A stretch of DNA of 64,000 nucleotides from an uncultured Chloroflexia bacterium (GTDB lineage: Bacteria; Chloroflexota; Anaerolineae; Anaerolineales; UBA4823), in the NCBI GenBank assembly GCA_963849335.1, contig CAWKGZ010000010.1, positions 81,835 to 145,834 of the forward strand, written 5' to 3'. Position numbers and translations under genes: made by a program. Below the pieces are notes generated by a model that ran no database searches, was not told where the DNA came from, and worked only from the letters and a program-made list of their open reading frames with translations. Each line of letters opens with the position of its first letter. The stretch's first letter is position 1. Below are positions 51,523 through 63,668 of this stretch, piece after piece.

Positions 51523-52849
51523 TAGTGATTGAATATTCTCTCTCCGCGATGGTTATCGCCTCTTCAAATATGTCCATACCTTCATCCACCTCGCCACGGG
51601 TAATACTGAGCGGGGGAGAAAACCGGATGGTAGATCTGCCGCAGCCCAGGGTCAGTAATCCACGCCGAAAGGCATTATCAACCACCCTGTCGCGCAAATC
51701 GTGAGCTGGCTCCCGCGTATTTTTATCCATGACAAATTCTACCCCAATCATCAATCCAATGCCGCGCACCTGACCAATGCTCAGGTGCCGGGTAGCAATC
51801 TCATTGAGTGCATCGATCGCATAATCCCCAACTTCATGTGCATTCTGCAAATACTCGTCACGGATCAAATCCAGGGTGGCTAGAGCAGCCGCACAGGCGA
51901 TCGGATTGCCTCCATAAGTATTGCCATGCGAGCCTAAAGGCCAGGTGGCAACGCTTTTACGGGCAATGATCGCACCCAGTGGTATGCCTGAAGCAACACC
52001 TTTCCCAACACAGACAATATCCGGCTCAACCCCAAACTGTTCGATTGCCCACCACTTGCCAGTTCGCCCCATACCAGATTGAACCTCGTCCACGATCAGG
52101 AGGATGTCATGCCGGTCGCAGAGCGCTCTCAGAGCAGGGAAGAATCCCGGTGTGGGTACAAGGTATCCACCCTCCCCCTGGATCGACTCGACCAAAACGC
52201 CAGCGACATCTTCAGATGGCAGTAATTTATCCAGCACCTGATCCTCGATGTAGCGCACGACAGTTTCCCCACAATCCTCTCCTGGTTTCACAGCTAATAT
52301 CGGTCGATACGGATTTGGATATGGCACATGCACCACACCACTCATCAGCGGATAAAATCCCTCATGATACAACGGTTTGCTGGCGGTAAAACTCAATGAT
52401 CCCAGGGTGCGTCCATGGAAAGCGCCAAGGAAACCAATAAACTGCGACGCGCCGGTATGGTAACGAGCCAGCTTGATCGCTGCTTCCACACTCTCTGTGC
52501 CTGAGTTGGTCATGAAAGATACCGCATCTTCTTTGAAAGGCGCAATATGGTCCAGACGCTCTCCCAATTCAACCCAGGATTGATGATAAAAATCGGATGA
52601 AATGTGCAGGAATTTTTCTGCCTGCTCCTGAATCGCCTTAACCACTTTCGGGTGGCTGTGTCCGGTTGCGGTAACCGCGATCCCGGCTGCAAAATCAAGG
52701 AACCGGTTTCCATCCACATCCCACACTTCGGTACCCTTGCCATGATCCATGGCAAATGGATATGCCCTGGCATAAGATGGTGAGATCACAGCCTGATCAC
52801 GTGCGATCAGCGCCTTCGCCTTCGGCCCTGGAAGATCATATATCTGCAT
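51512..52849 (-). CDS. Class III PLP aminotransferase (4-aminobutyrate/acetylornithine-like)
   Basis: Motifs NSGTES, FHGRT, IQGEGG, DEVQSG.GRTG and HGNTYGGN. Confidence 0.9.
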   Translation of the reverse strand: MQIYDLPGPKAKALIARDQAVISPSYARAYPFAMDHGKGTEVWDVDGNRFLDFAAGIAVTATGHSHPKVVKAIQEQAEKFLHISSDFYHQSWVELGERLDHIAPFKEDAVSFMTNSGTESVEAAIKLARYHTGASQFIGFLGAFHGRTLGSLSFTASKPLYHEGFYPLMSGVVHVPYPNPYRPILAVKPGEDCGETVVRYIEDQVLDKLLPSEDVAGVLVESIQGEGGYLVPTPGFFPALRALCDRHDILLIVDEVQSGMGRTGKWWAIEQFGVEPDIVCVGKGVASGIPLGAIIARKSVATWPLGSHGNTYGGNPIACAAALATLDLIRDEYLQNAHEVGDYAIDALNEIATRHLSIGQVRGIGLMIGVEFVMDKNTREPAHDLRDRVVDNAFRRGLLTLGCGRSTIRFSPPLSITRGEVDEGMDIFEEAITIAEREYSITNVT

Positions 52850-53053
52850 ACTCTAACTCCTGCTATATTCCTGCATCTGGCCCGTGGTTTTAACCTGAAG
52901 TAAATAGAACCACTGGCTGAGACCCGGTGTTTCCCAATGTGCTGCAGGATGGTCTAGATGTTTTCTATTCGAGTGCTGATTATAACACTTCCCCCCAGCC
53001 TTCTGCAGCCATGCCCGAGAGGCGATGCCGGTGGTTTTTATCATCGGTTATAA

Positions 53054-54175
<1,122 letters not shown>

Positions 54176-54179
<4 letters not shown>

Positions 54180-55000
54180 CTCTCTTTCAATCCATCCTAC
54201 TCGGAATAATTCAGGGCCTGACCGAATTCTTGCCCATCTCCAGCTCAGCACACCTGGTGCTCACGCCCTACCTCCTGGGATGGAATATTCCTGATGAGGC
54301 TGAGTTTACCTTCGATGTACTGGTTCAACTGGGCACATTGGTAGCAGTTATTGCATATTTTTGGCGTGACCTGGTTGGTATTGTAAAATCGTTCTTGCTG
54401 GGAATCTGGCACAAGAAACCATTTGAGGAGGCACAGGCAAGATTGGGTTGGCTGCTGATCTTAGCCACCATCCCGGCGGTGCTGGCGGGCTTGTTATTCA
54501 AAGAACTGGTTGAGCAAGCATTTTCCAGCCCAATTGCAACTGCCCTTTTCTTGATTGTGACCGCGATATTTCTGGTATCTGCCGAGCGGTATGGGCGAAA
54601 AGTTCGAGGTTTAGAACAGCTTAATTGGCTGGATTCCCTTTTGGTGGGTCTTTTCCAGGCTGCGTCCTTATTTCCCGGTGTTTCCCGTTCAGGTTCCACA
54701 ATCACTGGTGGCATGTTGCGCGGTATTGACCGGCGATCCGCAGCCCGTTTCTCCTTCCTGATGTCAGTACCGGTCATGCTTGGAGCTGGGGGATTGGCAG
54801 TTGTTGATCTATTTCAGCTGCCTGATTTCACAGCCCAACTGCCCACCTTGCTGGCGGGATTCGTGGCAGCACTGGTTATGGGCTACCTCTCCATCCGCTG
54901 GCTGCTGGGATATCTCTCTCGGCACTCGTTTTACGGATTCGCTGTTTACTGCTTGATAGTAGCCGCAATCACCTTTATCGTGGCATTGATCCGAGGATGA
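54176..55000 (+). CDS. uppP: Undecaprenyl-diphosphate phosphatase
   Basis: Motifs QGLTEFLPISSSAH, PGVSRSG and AARFSFL. Confidence 0.95.
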
Positions 55001-55732
55001 ATGAGAACCATCCTGCTGGTCATCCTTTCCTTATGCCTGGTCTCTTGTGGAACACCTCTGCGGAGTGAACCTTTGCCAGCCCCAGTCAGTGTTTCCGTAG
55101 CATATCCGTTTATTTTGCAACCCTCGGCAGACCGCGTTATTGAGTGTGCCATCCAGCAACGCCCTATGTCACTATTTCTAACCTCCTTACCCGCAGTCCA
55201 AGTGAGCCTTCCGGGACCGCTTTTACAGCTTCAGCTTGGCGGGGCGATCCCGGGTGGATCAAATGCCTATCAAATCGGGGAAGAAGAAATCTCCTTTATC
55301 GTTAATCCTGAAAATCCTACCACCCAACTATCCACAGACCAACTGTTAGCGATCTACACAGGGAAACAGCTTCACTGGGACTTTGGGAAGCATCCATTTA
55401 TTGAGTTCGTATCTTATCCTGCGGAAGACACCCTGCGTACACTCGTTGAGTCAACTCTGCCCGGTATGCCTCGAATATCTTTCCACGCTGAAATTGTCTC
55501 CTCACCCAGAGTAATCCTCGAAACAGTTATATATCACATAGAAGCGATTGGCTATCTGCCCAGTAGTTGGCTGGGCAGCCTGGATGATGAAATAGAAGGC
55601 TCGGTGAAGGTGTTGACCCTTGATCCTGCACTCACCGAAAGCCTGATCCAGCCAGTATTGGCGATCGTCGATGAGCCACTTTCACCAGAGCTGCAGGCTT
55701 TATTGGGTTGTTTACAACAGCCTGAGGATTAA
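55001..55732 (+). CDS. Lipoprotein with a PBP/phosphate-binding-like domain
   Basis: Lipobox LVSC, plus VNPENP..LS..QL..IYTG...W and AIGY. Confidence 0.6.
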   Translation: MRTILLVILSLCLVSCGTPLRSEPLPAPVSVSVAYPFILQPSADRVIECAIQQRPMSLFLTSLPAVQVSLPGPLLQLQLGGAIPGGSNAYQIGEEEISFIVNPENPTTQLSTDQLLAIYTGKQLHWDFGKHPFIEFVSYPAEDTLRTLVESTLPGMPRISFHAEIVSSPRVILETVIYHIEAIGYLPSSWLGSLDDEIEGSVKVLTLDPALTESLIQPVLAIVDEPLSPELQALLGCLQQPED

Positions 55733-56652
55733 TCTACCTGGTCGTTGGGGTAAATCTTCACCAGATCTCGTCCTGCAGCCTTAGCCATATACAAAGCCTT
55801 ATCCGCTCTCTCGACGAGTCGTTCAAGCGAGAATTCTTCTCCAGGGACTGTGCTGGCAGCGCCCAAACTGGCTCTCACCGAGACCACTCTTTCATCTTTC
55901 AGTGGGATGGCAAGTAATCTAATAGCTATGCGCATCCGTTCGGCGATATACCCGGCTTCCTGTACATTTGCCCCCGGCAAGACCAATAAAAATTCCTCCC
56001 CTCCCCAACGACCAGCATGATCCGACGAACGCTTACGCTCCATGATCGTTTTAGCGACCTGGCATAATACTTCATCACCAACCAAATGCCCATATTGATC
56101 GTTGATCAATTTGAAGTGATCCAGATCAATCATGACCACACTCAGGGGGATGCCAGCATTCCGAGTGCAGGCTTGTTCTTTTTCAATGATCTCATAAAGC
56201 GCCCGCCGGTTTAATAGACCGGTCAGGCTGTCATGCGATGCAAGAGAGGCTAATTGTTGCAGCGATTCCCGCAAGCGTGCTTCCAGGTTAAGGATTCGCT
56301 CTCCAATCCCAACGTGGGCTCTGAATTCACTGATGTCAAAAGGCTTGGTCAGGTAATCATCAGCCCCTGCCTCTAAACCATCAACAATATCATTGAGAGC
56401 CTTCTTGGCAGTTAGCAAGATGAGATAGGTGTAATAAGGGAAATTTGCCTTCCGGATGCGCCTGGTCAACTCTACTCCATCCAACTCTGGAAGCATCCAA
56501 TCTGTGATCACAAAGGATATCGCCTCAGTTTGCAATCGGTTCCAGGCCTGGAGACCATTCGCTGCCTCATAGACCAAATGCCCCTGGCGCTCCAAGATAA
56601 TGCGCAGGAGATGAAGGTAATCTTCGTCATCATCAACGATCAGGATTTGCAT
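55729..56652 (-). CDS. REC-GGDEF diguanylate cyclase
   Basis: Receiver domain (DW.LP, KPF), DLDHFK.IND.YGH, I-site RSSD and GGEEF. Confidence 0.93.
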   Translation of the reverse strand: MQILIVDDDEDYLHLLRIILERQGHLVYEAANGLQAWNRLQTEAISFVITDWMLPELDGVELTRRIRKANFPYYTYLILLTAKKALNDIVDGLEAGADDYLTKPFDISEFRAHVGIGERILNLEARLRESLQQLASLASHDSLTGLLNRRALYEIIEKEQACTRNAGIPLSVVMIDLDHFKLINDQYGHLVGDEVLCQVAKTIMERKRSSDHAGRWGGEEFLLVLPGANVQEAGYIAERMRIAIRLLAIPLKDERVVSVRASLGAASTVPGEEFSLERLVERADKALYMAKAAGRDLVKIYPNDQVD

Positions 56653-56666
56653 GGTACCCCCTTAGC

Positions 56667-57269
56667 TTATTCCCATCCGAAGGAGTGATCTTGAAATAAG
56701 CGAGGTAGGTTACCATAAAGATACCAATAATCCTCTTCCGGAAAACTGGATTTAATCTCATCTCCCCAAATGAAATTTCCCGGAGTGAGTACTGCCCTCA
56801 AGAAATTATCCAAAGCAAGTAAGGATTCACCAGCATCTGTATCAATCTTCCCCCTATCTTTTTCTATGAGGGTAAGAAAAGCCCTCAATCTTACTTCGTA
56901 AGGATACCGGTCTGCATGTGTCTCTGGCAACTCCTGATATTCTTCCAGGAAAATGCGCCACATATTAAGCCGGGCTTGATATGCCCGCTTTGCTTTCTTC
57001 TCCCAAGCCACCCTCCAATGGCTGTGGATTGTATCCATCGCTAGCGATAGTTTCGCGGCTTGACTCTCATCGGTCAGGCGACCACGATAAGCCAGCAGCC
57101 GTTGCCTGGAGAGCAGCAAACCCTCCAGGGTCAATACGGGGTAAGGTGGTTCCCCGGAGGGGGGTTGTAATTCCACCGGCCAATAGGCTGCATCGGCGAG
57201 GAGATAGCTCTCCAATAGCTCTAAACCTATTTCAATATACCGCCGGTCATACTCAAAGGTCGGCATCAT
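56667..57269 (-). CDS. Hypothetical protein
   Basis: 200 aa ORF tightly packed between the response regulator and the cyclase. Confidence 0.65.
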   Translation of the reverse strand: MMPTFEYDRRYIEIGLELLESYLLADAAYWPVELQPPSGEPPYPVLTLEGLLLSRQRLLAYRGRLTDESQAAKLSLAMDTIHSHWRVAWEKKAKRAYQARLNMWRIFLEEYQELPETHADRYPYEVRLRAFLTLIEKDRGKIDTDAGESLLALDNFLRAVLTPGNFIWGDEIKSSFPEEDYWYLYGNLPRLFQDHSFGWE

Positions 57270-57281
57270 GTATCCGAATGG

Positions 57282-57683
57282 TTAGCGGGAACTCTCTAAG
57301 ACGGATCTGACCGCCTCCAATAATTTATCCGGTGTGGTTGGTTTTACCAGGTACTTGGCGGCGCCCAAATCGGATGCCAGGAGCACATCTTCCATGGAGT
57401 ACTTTGCAGATAGAAAAATAACTGGAGGCATCCGATCCAGTGTAGACTGTAAGGAACGGAAAATGTCGAATCCCGACCGATCGGGCATCATAACATCCAG
57501 GATAATCAGATCATAAGGTTGTCGATTATCCTTCGCCTGGGTGATCCGTTCTTGAACCTCCTCCCAGCGTGAGGCTGTCGATACCTCAAAACCTGCTCTT
57601 TTTAAAACCATTCGAATTAATCCAAGCGTATCCAGATCATCATCGATGGATAAGATCCGTGTAACACGATAACGGGAGATCAT
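57282..57683 (-). CDS. Single-domain response regulator
   Basis: Motifs IDDD, LDVMMP, LSA and KP. Confidence 0.9.
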   Translation of the reverse strand: MISRYRVTRILSIDDDLDTLGLIRMVLKRAGFEVSTASRWEEVQERITQAKDNRQPYDLIILDVMMPDRSGFDIFRSLQSTLDRMPPVIFLSAKYSMEDVLLASDLGAAKYLVKPTTPDKLLEAVRSVLESSR

Positions 57684-57710
57684 CAGCCGCCCTTTCTCAT
57701 ATCCTATATT

Positions 57711-58985
57711 TTATACCAAAAGTCGCAAAGGTGCCTGGAAATATTCATCCAAAGCCTGCAAGAAACGCGCACCCTCAGCTCCATCACTGACCCGGTGATC
57801 CACACTCAAGGTTGCTTTCAATTGTGTTCCAGGCTGGATTTCTCCGTCTACCACCACTGGAACCTGTCGAGCAGAGCCCACCGCAAGGATAGCTGCTTCG
57901 GGAGGATTAATGATCGCAGTGAACTGGTAAACATCAAACATCCCCAGGTTACTCACCGTGAAGGTTGAGCCCTCTATGTCGTCGGGACGTACTTTTCCAT
58001 CGCGCGCGCGGCTAACCAACCCTCGTACTTCGCCGGCAATCTGGCGCAGGCTTTTATGAACGGCATCCCGGCAAACCACGGTCAATAAACCATTCGGCAC
58101 CGCCACAGCTACACCAATATTCACCTGCGCATGCTGAATCAGCCGCTCATTCACCAGATCGATCGAGGCATTCAAGTTTGGAAACTCAAGAAGCGAGAGC
58201 GCCGCTGCCTTAATGATAAAGTCATTCACTGACAACTTCTCGTCCTCTAGCAGCAAGGCATTAAGCTGTTTGCGTAGTTCCATTACTGCTTTCACATCAT
58301 AATCGTGGGTGACATAGAAATGGGGCACTTGCTGAGTTGCATCAACCATCCGCCGGGCAATTGCAGCGCGCAGCCGGGTCAAAGCGATTATTCTCGGACC
58401 AATGTCTGTACTCCCGGCAGCTTCTGTGAACGACGCGGGTGCCGCCGGAGCAATTACAACCGGGATCATCTTTTCGATTGGTTGTTTGCGATAGTTTTCA
58501 ACATCCTTGCGGGTGACCCTGCCTCCCGGACCACTACCTTTTACCCGAGTTAAATCAATTCCAAGCTCTTCTGCCATCCTGCGGGCCAATGGAGACGCCC
58601 GCAATCCGCCGGGTAGCTGGGTATCCAGGGCTGTCTCTGCTGCCGTACTTACTTCCTGTTTCTCAGGCTCCACAGCCGCTTCTGTAATTGGGGTAGGCTT
58701 AACCGCTGGAGCACCGGCGGCCGATTCCACTAAATTAACGGCTTCACCTGGCGCACCAATCACCGCAATAGGTGCATTTACCGGTACGATCGTTCCTTTA
58801 GTTACCAGGTGTCGCAGGACTACCCCGTCATACACCGACTTAACTTCAACCGTTGCCTTGTCGGTTTCAATCTCAGCCAACACAGCACCTTTCTGTACCG
58901 ATTCTCCTTCCGCAATCACCCAGCGCACTAATGTGCCCTCAGCCATATCAAAACCCAGCTTAGGCATCGTGACAATTTCAGCCAT
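57711..58985 (-). CDS. pdhC: Dihydrolipoamide acyltransferase (E2)
   Basis: Lipoyl motif ETDKAT, E3-binding ASPLARR and catalytic DHRVSDG. Confidence 0.93.
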   Translation of the reverse strand: MAEIVTMPKLGFDMAEGTLVRWVIAEGESVQKGAVLAEIETDKATVEVKSVYDGVVLRHLVTKGTIVPVNAPIAVIGAPGEAVNLVESAAGAPAVKPTPITEAAVEPEKQEVSTAAETALDTQLPGGLRASPLARRMAEELGIDLTRVKGSGPGGRVTRKDVENYRKQPIEKMIPVVIAPAAPASFTEAAGSTDIGPRIIALTRLRAAIARRMVDATQQVPHFYVTHDYDVKAVMELRKQLNALLLEDEKLSVNDFIIKAAALSLLEFPNLNASIDLVNERLIQHAQVNIGVAVAVPNGLLTVVCRDAVHKSLRQIAGEVRGLVSRARDGKVRPDDIEGSTFTVSNLGMFDVYQFTAIINPPEAAILAVGSARQVPVVVDGEIQPGTQLKATLSVDHRVSDGAEGARFLQALDEYFQAPLRLLV

Positions 58986-59956
58986 TAGAGCACCTCCTTG
59001 ACCGCCCGGATCACATCCTCAACTTGCGGTAAGGCCATTTGCTCCAGGGAACGGTTGTATGGCAGAGGAACCTCTTTTTGAGCGACCCGCTGGATGGGTG
59101 CATCCACATAATCGAATGCCTGTTCGTAAATGCGAGAGGCAACTTCAGAGCCGACCCCATAAGAGCGCCATCCCTCTTCAACGATCACCGCCCGGTTGGT
59201 TTTCTTGAACGACTCCAACACCGGATCCATATCCAATGGGCGGAGCGAGCGCAAATCAACGATCTCTGCTTCAATTCCTTCCCGGGCAAGCTGATCTGCT
59301 GCTTTGGTGGAAATCTCCAGCATCTTGCTGTATGTAACGATGGTGACATCTTTTCCAGGTCGCTGGATTTTCGACTTCCCAATGGGAATATCGTAATCCC
59401 CTTCAGGTACTTCTCCACGCACCTGATATAGAGTCGCATGCTCTATAAATAAAACCGGGTCATCCGACCGGATGGCGGCCTTCAGCAAGCCTTTGGCATC
59501 TTCTGGGGTGCCTGGGGCAACAACTTTTAACCCTGGGAAATGGGCGAAGACGGCATCCGGGGTTTGTGAGTGCGTGGCGCCCAGCTGGCGGCCTCCACCA
59601 CCAACCGCTCGAATGACCAGGGGTAAAACGAATTGGCCTCCGAACATATAATGCAGCTTTGCTGCCTCATTGACAATATGATCCATGGCTGAAAAGGCAA
59701 AATTGATCGTCATTAGTTCGGCTACCGGGCGCAGACCGGTCAGCGCGGCACCAATGGCACCGCCGATTATAGCCGCCTCAGCAATTGGAGTATCGCGTAC
59801 CCGCTCACCGCCAAAATGATCAAAGAATCCTTTGGTGACCGCATAGGTTCCACCCCACACTCCGACCTCCTCGCCCATGATAAAGACATGAGGGTCGTGT
59901 TCCATTTCTTCCCACAATGCCTGGGAAATTGCTTCGCGCATTGTTATTCTAGCCAT
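58985..59956 (-). CDS. pdhB: Pyruvate dehydrogenase E1 beta
   Basis: Motifs GEEVG, DTPIAE, HSQ and DLRSLRPLD. Confidence 0.93.
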   Translation of the reverse strand: MARITMREAISQALWEEMEHDPHVFIMGEEVGVWGGTYAVTKGFFDHFGGERVRDTPIAEAAIIGGAIGAALTGLRPVAELMTINFAFSAMDHIVNEAAKLHYMFGGQFVLPLVIRAVGGGGRQLGATHSQTPDAVFAHFPGLKVVAPGTPEDAKGLLKAAIRSDDPVLFIEHATLYQVRGEVPEGDYDIPIGKSKIQRPGKDVTIVTYSKMLEISTKAADQLAREGIEAEIVDLRSLRPLDMDPVLESFKKTNRAVIVEEGWRSYGVGSEVASRIYEQAFDYVDAPIQRVAQKEVPLPYNRSLEQMALPQVEDVIRAVKEVL

Positions 59957-59971
59957 CGATCACCTCGACTC

Positions 59972-60936
59972 TTACTCTGCATCAACGTAGATGTGCTTAT
60001 ACAGCGCCTCTGGCGGTGGTTCAGGGCTTTTTTCAGCGAATTGCACTGCGGTCAGTGTCTCCAATTCTATCCGTTTATCTCGCGGTCTGTCAAATCTTCA
60101 TCACTGGCAACTCCCGATTCGACCAGGTGCTTCCGGTAGATCCCGATGGGATCATTCTCCTGCCAACAGCGGACTTCATCTGCCTGGCGGTACCGCTCAG
60201 GGTCGCCCATTGAATGGCCGCGGAAGCGATAGGTGAGCACCTCCAGGAAATATGGCCCATTTCCTGCCCGGATGGTAGCCAGCGCATCCTCTGCGGCTTT
60301 GTAGACCTCCAAAACATTCATGCCATCCACCCGGCTGTTCACAATTCCGTAACCTTCTGCTTTCTGCCGGATCTCGGAAACCGCTGAGGCACGCTCAACC
60401 GCAGTCCCCATGCCATATTGGTTGTTTTCACACACCCATAATACCGGCAGTTTCCACACCTTGGACAGGTTGACTGCTTCATGGAAATAACCGATATTGG
60501 TAGCCCCGTCGCCGAACATGCAAATGGTCACCCCGTCATTGCCCTGGTAAAGATCTCCCAGAGCCAGGCCGGCTGCCAGCGGTAAGTGTGCGCCGACGAT
60601 GGCATGTCCACCCCAGAAGTTCTTATTAACATCCGCCATATGCATCGAGCCGCCCTTACCTTTCGAGCAACCGGTCTCCTTACCCAACAGCTCAGCGATC
60701 ACCTCATTGGCAGATAGACCACAATTGATGGCAACGCCATGATCCCGGTATGCGGTGATCACCCGGTCCTGTGGTTTGCGCGCGGCGATTAAACCGGTGC
60801 TGACTGCTTCTTGACCAATATACAGGTGGAGGAAACCCCCGATTTTTCCCTGCTGGTACAACTGGGCAGCCTGCTCTTCAACCATCCTGATCAGCACCAT
60901 CTGTCCATATATTTCCAATGACTGCTCGTTATTCAT
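59972..60936 (-). CDS. pdhA: Pyruvate dehydrogenase E1 alpha; frameshift near 60080
   Basis: Motifs GFLHLYIGQEA, GKGGSMH, FGDGA and YRFRGHSMGDP. The C-terminus AVQFAEKSPEP..LY.HIY continues in a shifted frame to TAA at 59972. Confidence 0.92.
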
Positions 60937-61031
60937 CGTGTGAAAACCTCCTACCCATCATTAACAATATTTTACCCCATCCCCGACTGGAAATGGCAAT
61001 TCGTCTGGATTGTTGTATAATCTGCTCTTGT

Positions 61032-61904
61032 ATGAGCTACCTTACCATCACCCACCCCCTCAATGGGATTCTTAGCATCGCGCTGGGAGTCGGCCTGGGG
61101 ATATTTCTCACCCTGCGCTTCAAAATTAATTGGCGGCTGTGGTGGGTAGGTGTATTTACCTTCATCCTCTCCCAGGTAGGCCACCTGCCCTTCAATATCG
61201 TCATATTAAATCCGTGGATGGCTGACATGCTGGAGACCATCCCTGATGCATGGCGTATCCCCCTCACCGCGGTAGTATTGGGATTAAGCGCCGGTATATT
61301 TGAAGAATTCGCCCGCTACGCTGCCTATCGCTGGTGGATCAAGGATGCTCGCACCTGGTCTCAAGGTCTACTGTTTGGAGCCGGTCATGGCGGCCTGGAA
61401 GCTATCATCGTTGGTGCGTTATCTCTTTACACTTATGCTCAGTTGGTGGCGCTCAAAGGAGCCGATCTGAGCACCATCCTTCCCGTCGACCAGATCAGCC
61501 TGGCGCAAGAACAAATAGCATTGTATTGGTCAATGCCCTGGTACGACAGTTTACTGGGTGCAATCGAGCGTGCTTTTACCATGCCGCTACACTTGGCAGG
61601 GGCAATCCTTGTGCTGCAGGCCTTCACCCGCCAACAATTCCGCTGGGTGTGGCTGGCAGTAGGCCTGCATACGCTGGTGGATGCGCTGGCAGTCTATCTC
61701 TCCCAAACCGTCAATGTTTATGTGGCGGAGTTAGCCATCGGCATCCTGGCAGTGCTGGAGATTGGTCTGATCTTGCTGCTGCGCCGGTCAACACCCATTT
61801 CACCTACCCCACCTCCCCTAAATCCACCGTCGTCGTGGCCTGTTATTCCCATCCACGCAGTGCCAGAAACACCGGATAAGTTGGAAGATACCCGTTACCA
61901 ATAG
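61032..61904 (+). CDS. YhfC-family intramembrane metalloprotease
   Basis: Motifs AGIFEE..R, G.GHGGLEA, ER.....LH and H..VD, with multiple TM segments. Confidence 0.85.
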   Translation: MSYLTITHPLNGILSIALGVGLGIFLTLRFKINWRLWWVGVFTFILSQVGHLPFNIVILNPWMADMLETIPDAWRIPLTAVVLGLSAGIFEEFARYAAYRWWIKDARTWSQGLLFGAGHGGLEAIIVGALSLYTYAQLVALKGADLSTILPVDQISLAQEQIALYWSMPWYDSLLGAIERAFTMPLHLAGAILVLQAFTRQQFRWVWLAVGLHTLVDALAVYLSQTVNVYVAELAIGILAVLEIGLILLLRRSTPISPTPPPLNPPSSWPVIPIHAVPETPDKLEDTRYQ

Positions 61905-61918
61905 AGCTGCGAGTACCT

Positions 61919-62834
61919 ATGATTCATACTGAAAACCTGACCAAAAGATTCAAAACCACCCTGGCTGTAGACGGCCTTAACCTGGATATCCAGGAAGGCG
62001 AAGTGTTCGGCTTCCTGGGGCCAAATGGCGCCGGGAAGACGACCACCGTGCGCCTGCTGACCTGTTTGATCGGCCCCACCAGTGGCAGCGCAATTGTCAA
62101 TGGCTTTCGGGTGGGCCAACAAGATACTCAGATCCGCCGCAGTGTGGGTATCCTCACCGAAACCCCCGGCATGTACGATAACCTGTCAGCTGAATTCAAC
62201 CTGGAGATCTATGCCAATCTTTATGAAGTCAAAGGATCCCAAAGGGCAGGTTGAAAAGTATCTGCGCATGCTGGGTTTGTGGGATCGGCGCATGGATGAA
62301 GCTGGCACATTCTCCAAAGGGATGAAACAAAAACTGGCCATCGCCCGCGCCTCTGCTGCATGAGCCGCGCATTCTCTTCCTGGATGAGCCCACCTCCGCA
62401 CTGGATCCAGAAGCAGCGCTCCTGGTGCGCGAATTTATCGCCGAGCTGCGCAAAGAAGGGCGCACCATCTTCCTTTGCACGCATAATCTTGATGAAGCCG
62501 ACCGGTTATGCGACCGGGTTGGCGTATTCAAGACCGCAATTGCTCGCGTGTGGACACACCTGCCAGGCTGCGATCACAGCTATTTGGTCGGAAAGTGGTC
62601 TTTCACCTGCGCCGAGGCGACGAAGCCCTGGCAGCGCTGGTTCGCTCGCTCTCCTATGTGAAAGACAGTCGCCTTGTGGACAATAAGCTGCTGGTTACCC
62701 TGGATGATCCTGACTTGCACAACCCCGAGATCATTCGCGCCCTGGTCGGCGCCGGGGCAGAGATCCAGTTCGTTGGGGAGCTGCGTCATTCGTTAGAAGA
62801 TGTCTACATGCAGCTGATGGGAAGCGCCCGCTAA
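61919..62834 (+). CDS. ABC transporter ATP-binding protein (several apparent frameshifts)
   Basis: GPNGAGKTT, FSKGMKQK, LFLDEPT and CTHNLDEA are spread over shifting frames (~62236, ~62352, ~62535-62550). Confidence 0.85.
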
Positions 62835-62847
62835 CAGGACAGATGCT

Positions 62848-63637
62848 ATGCATAAGATAAAAACCATTATCCGCAAAGAGTGGGCCGAAGTGTTCAAGAA
62901 CCGCATGGTTCTCTTCACCATCATCTTCATGCCGCTGCTGCTGACCGCCTTGCCATTGATCATCCTGTATGCCACCCGCGATTCAGGAGTTGGCGATATC
63001 GGTTCTGAGCTGCCCGGCACAATTCGCCCAATTTTGCAACGACGATCTGACCATGGGCGAGTGTTTCCAGGTCTACATGGTCAGCCAGTTCATGATCATG
63101 TTCATGATGATCCCGCTTTTCATCCCGGTCAATATTGCCTCCTACTCGGTGGTCGGCGAAAAAACCACCCGCAGCCTGGAGCCTCTGCTGGCTACCCCTA
63201 TCACCACGGCAGAGCTGCTGGCGGGGAAAAACCTGGCCTCGTCGATCCCCGCTGTGGTAGCCTCCTGGATTGGATTTGGTATTTTTGCGCTGGGCACATT
63301 CATTATTGCTGGCAGCCAGCGGCTCACTGCTGCCCTGCTTGATCCTATGTGGCTGCTGGCAATTTTCCTGGTTGGGCCGCTGCTGGCATTGTTATCGGTT
63401 AACTTCAGCATCATGGTCTCGTCCCGGGTCAACGATCCCCGCGTCGCCGAGCAACTCTCCGCTGTGGTGATCCTGCCGCTGTTGGCACTTTTCTTTGGGC
63501 AAATCTCAGGCCTGGTCATTCTGAACAGCAGCCTCATCCTGGGAATAGCTGCCTTCTTGATCGTGCTCGATGCTATCCTGATCTACTTGGCAATCCGTCT
63601 CTTCGAGCGGGAAAACATTCTCACCCGGTGGAAATAA
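62848..63637 (+). CDS. ABC-2 type permease (apparent +1 insertion ~63017)
   Basis: Motifs IIRKEW and SVVGEK..RSLEPLLATP....LL.GK, with multiple TM segments. Confidence 0.85.
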
Positions 63638-63668
63638 CCCCATCGGAATCAAAGATAAGGTACAAAAA

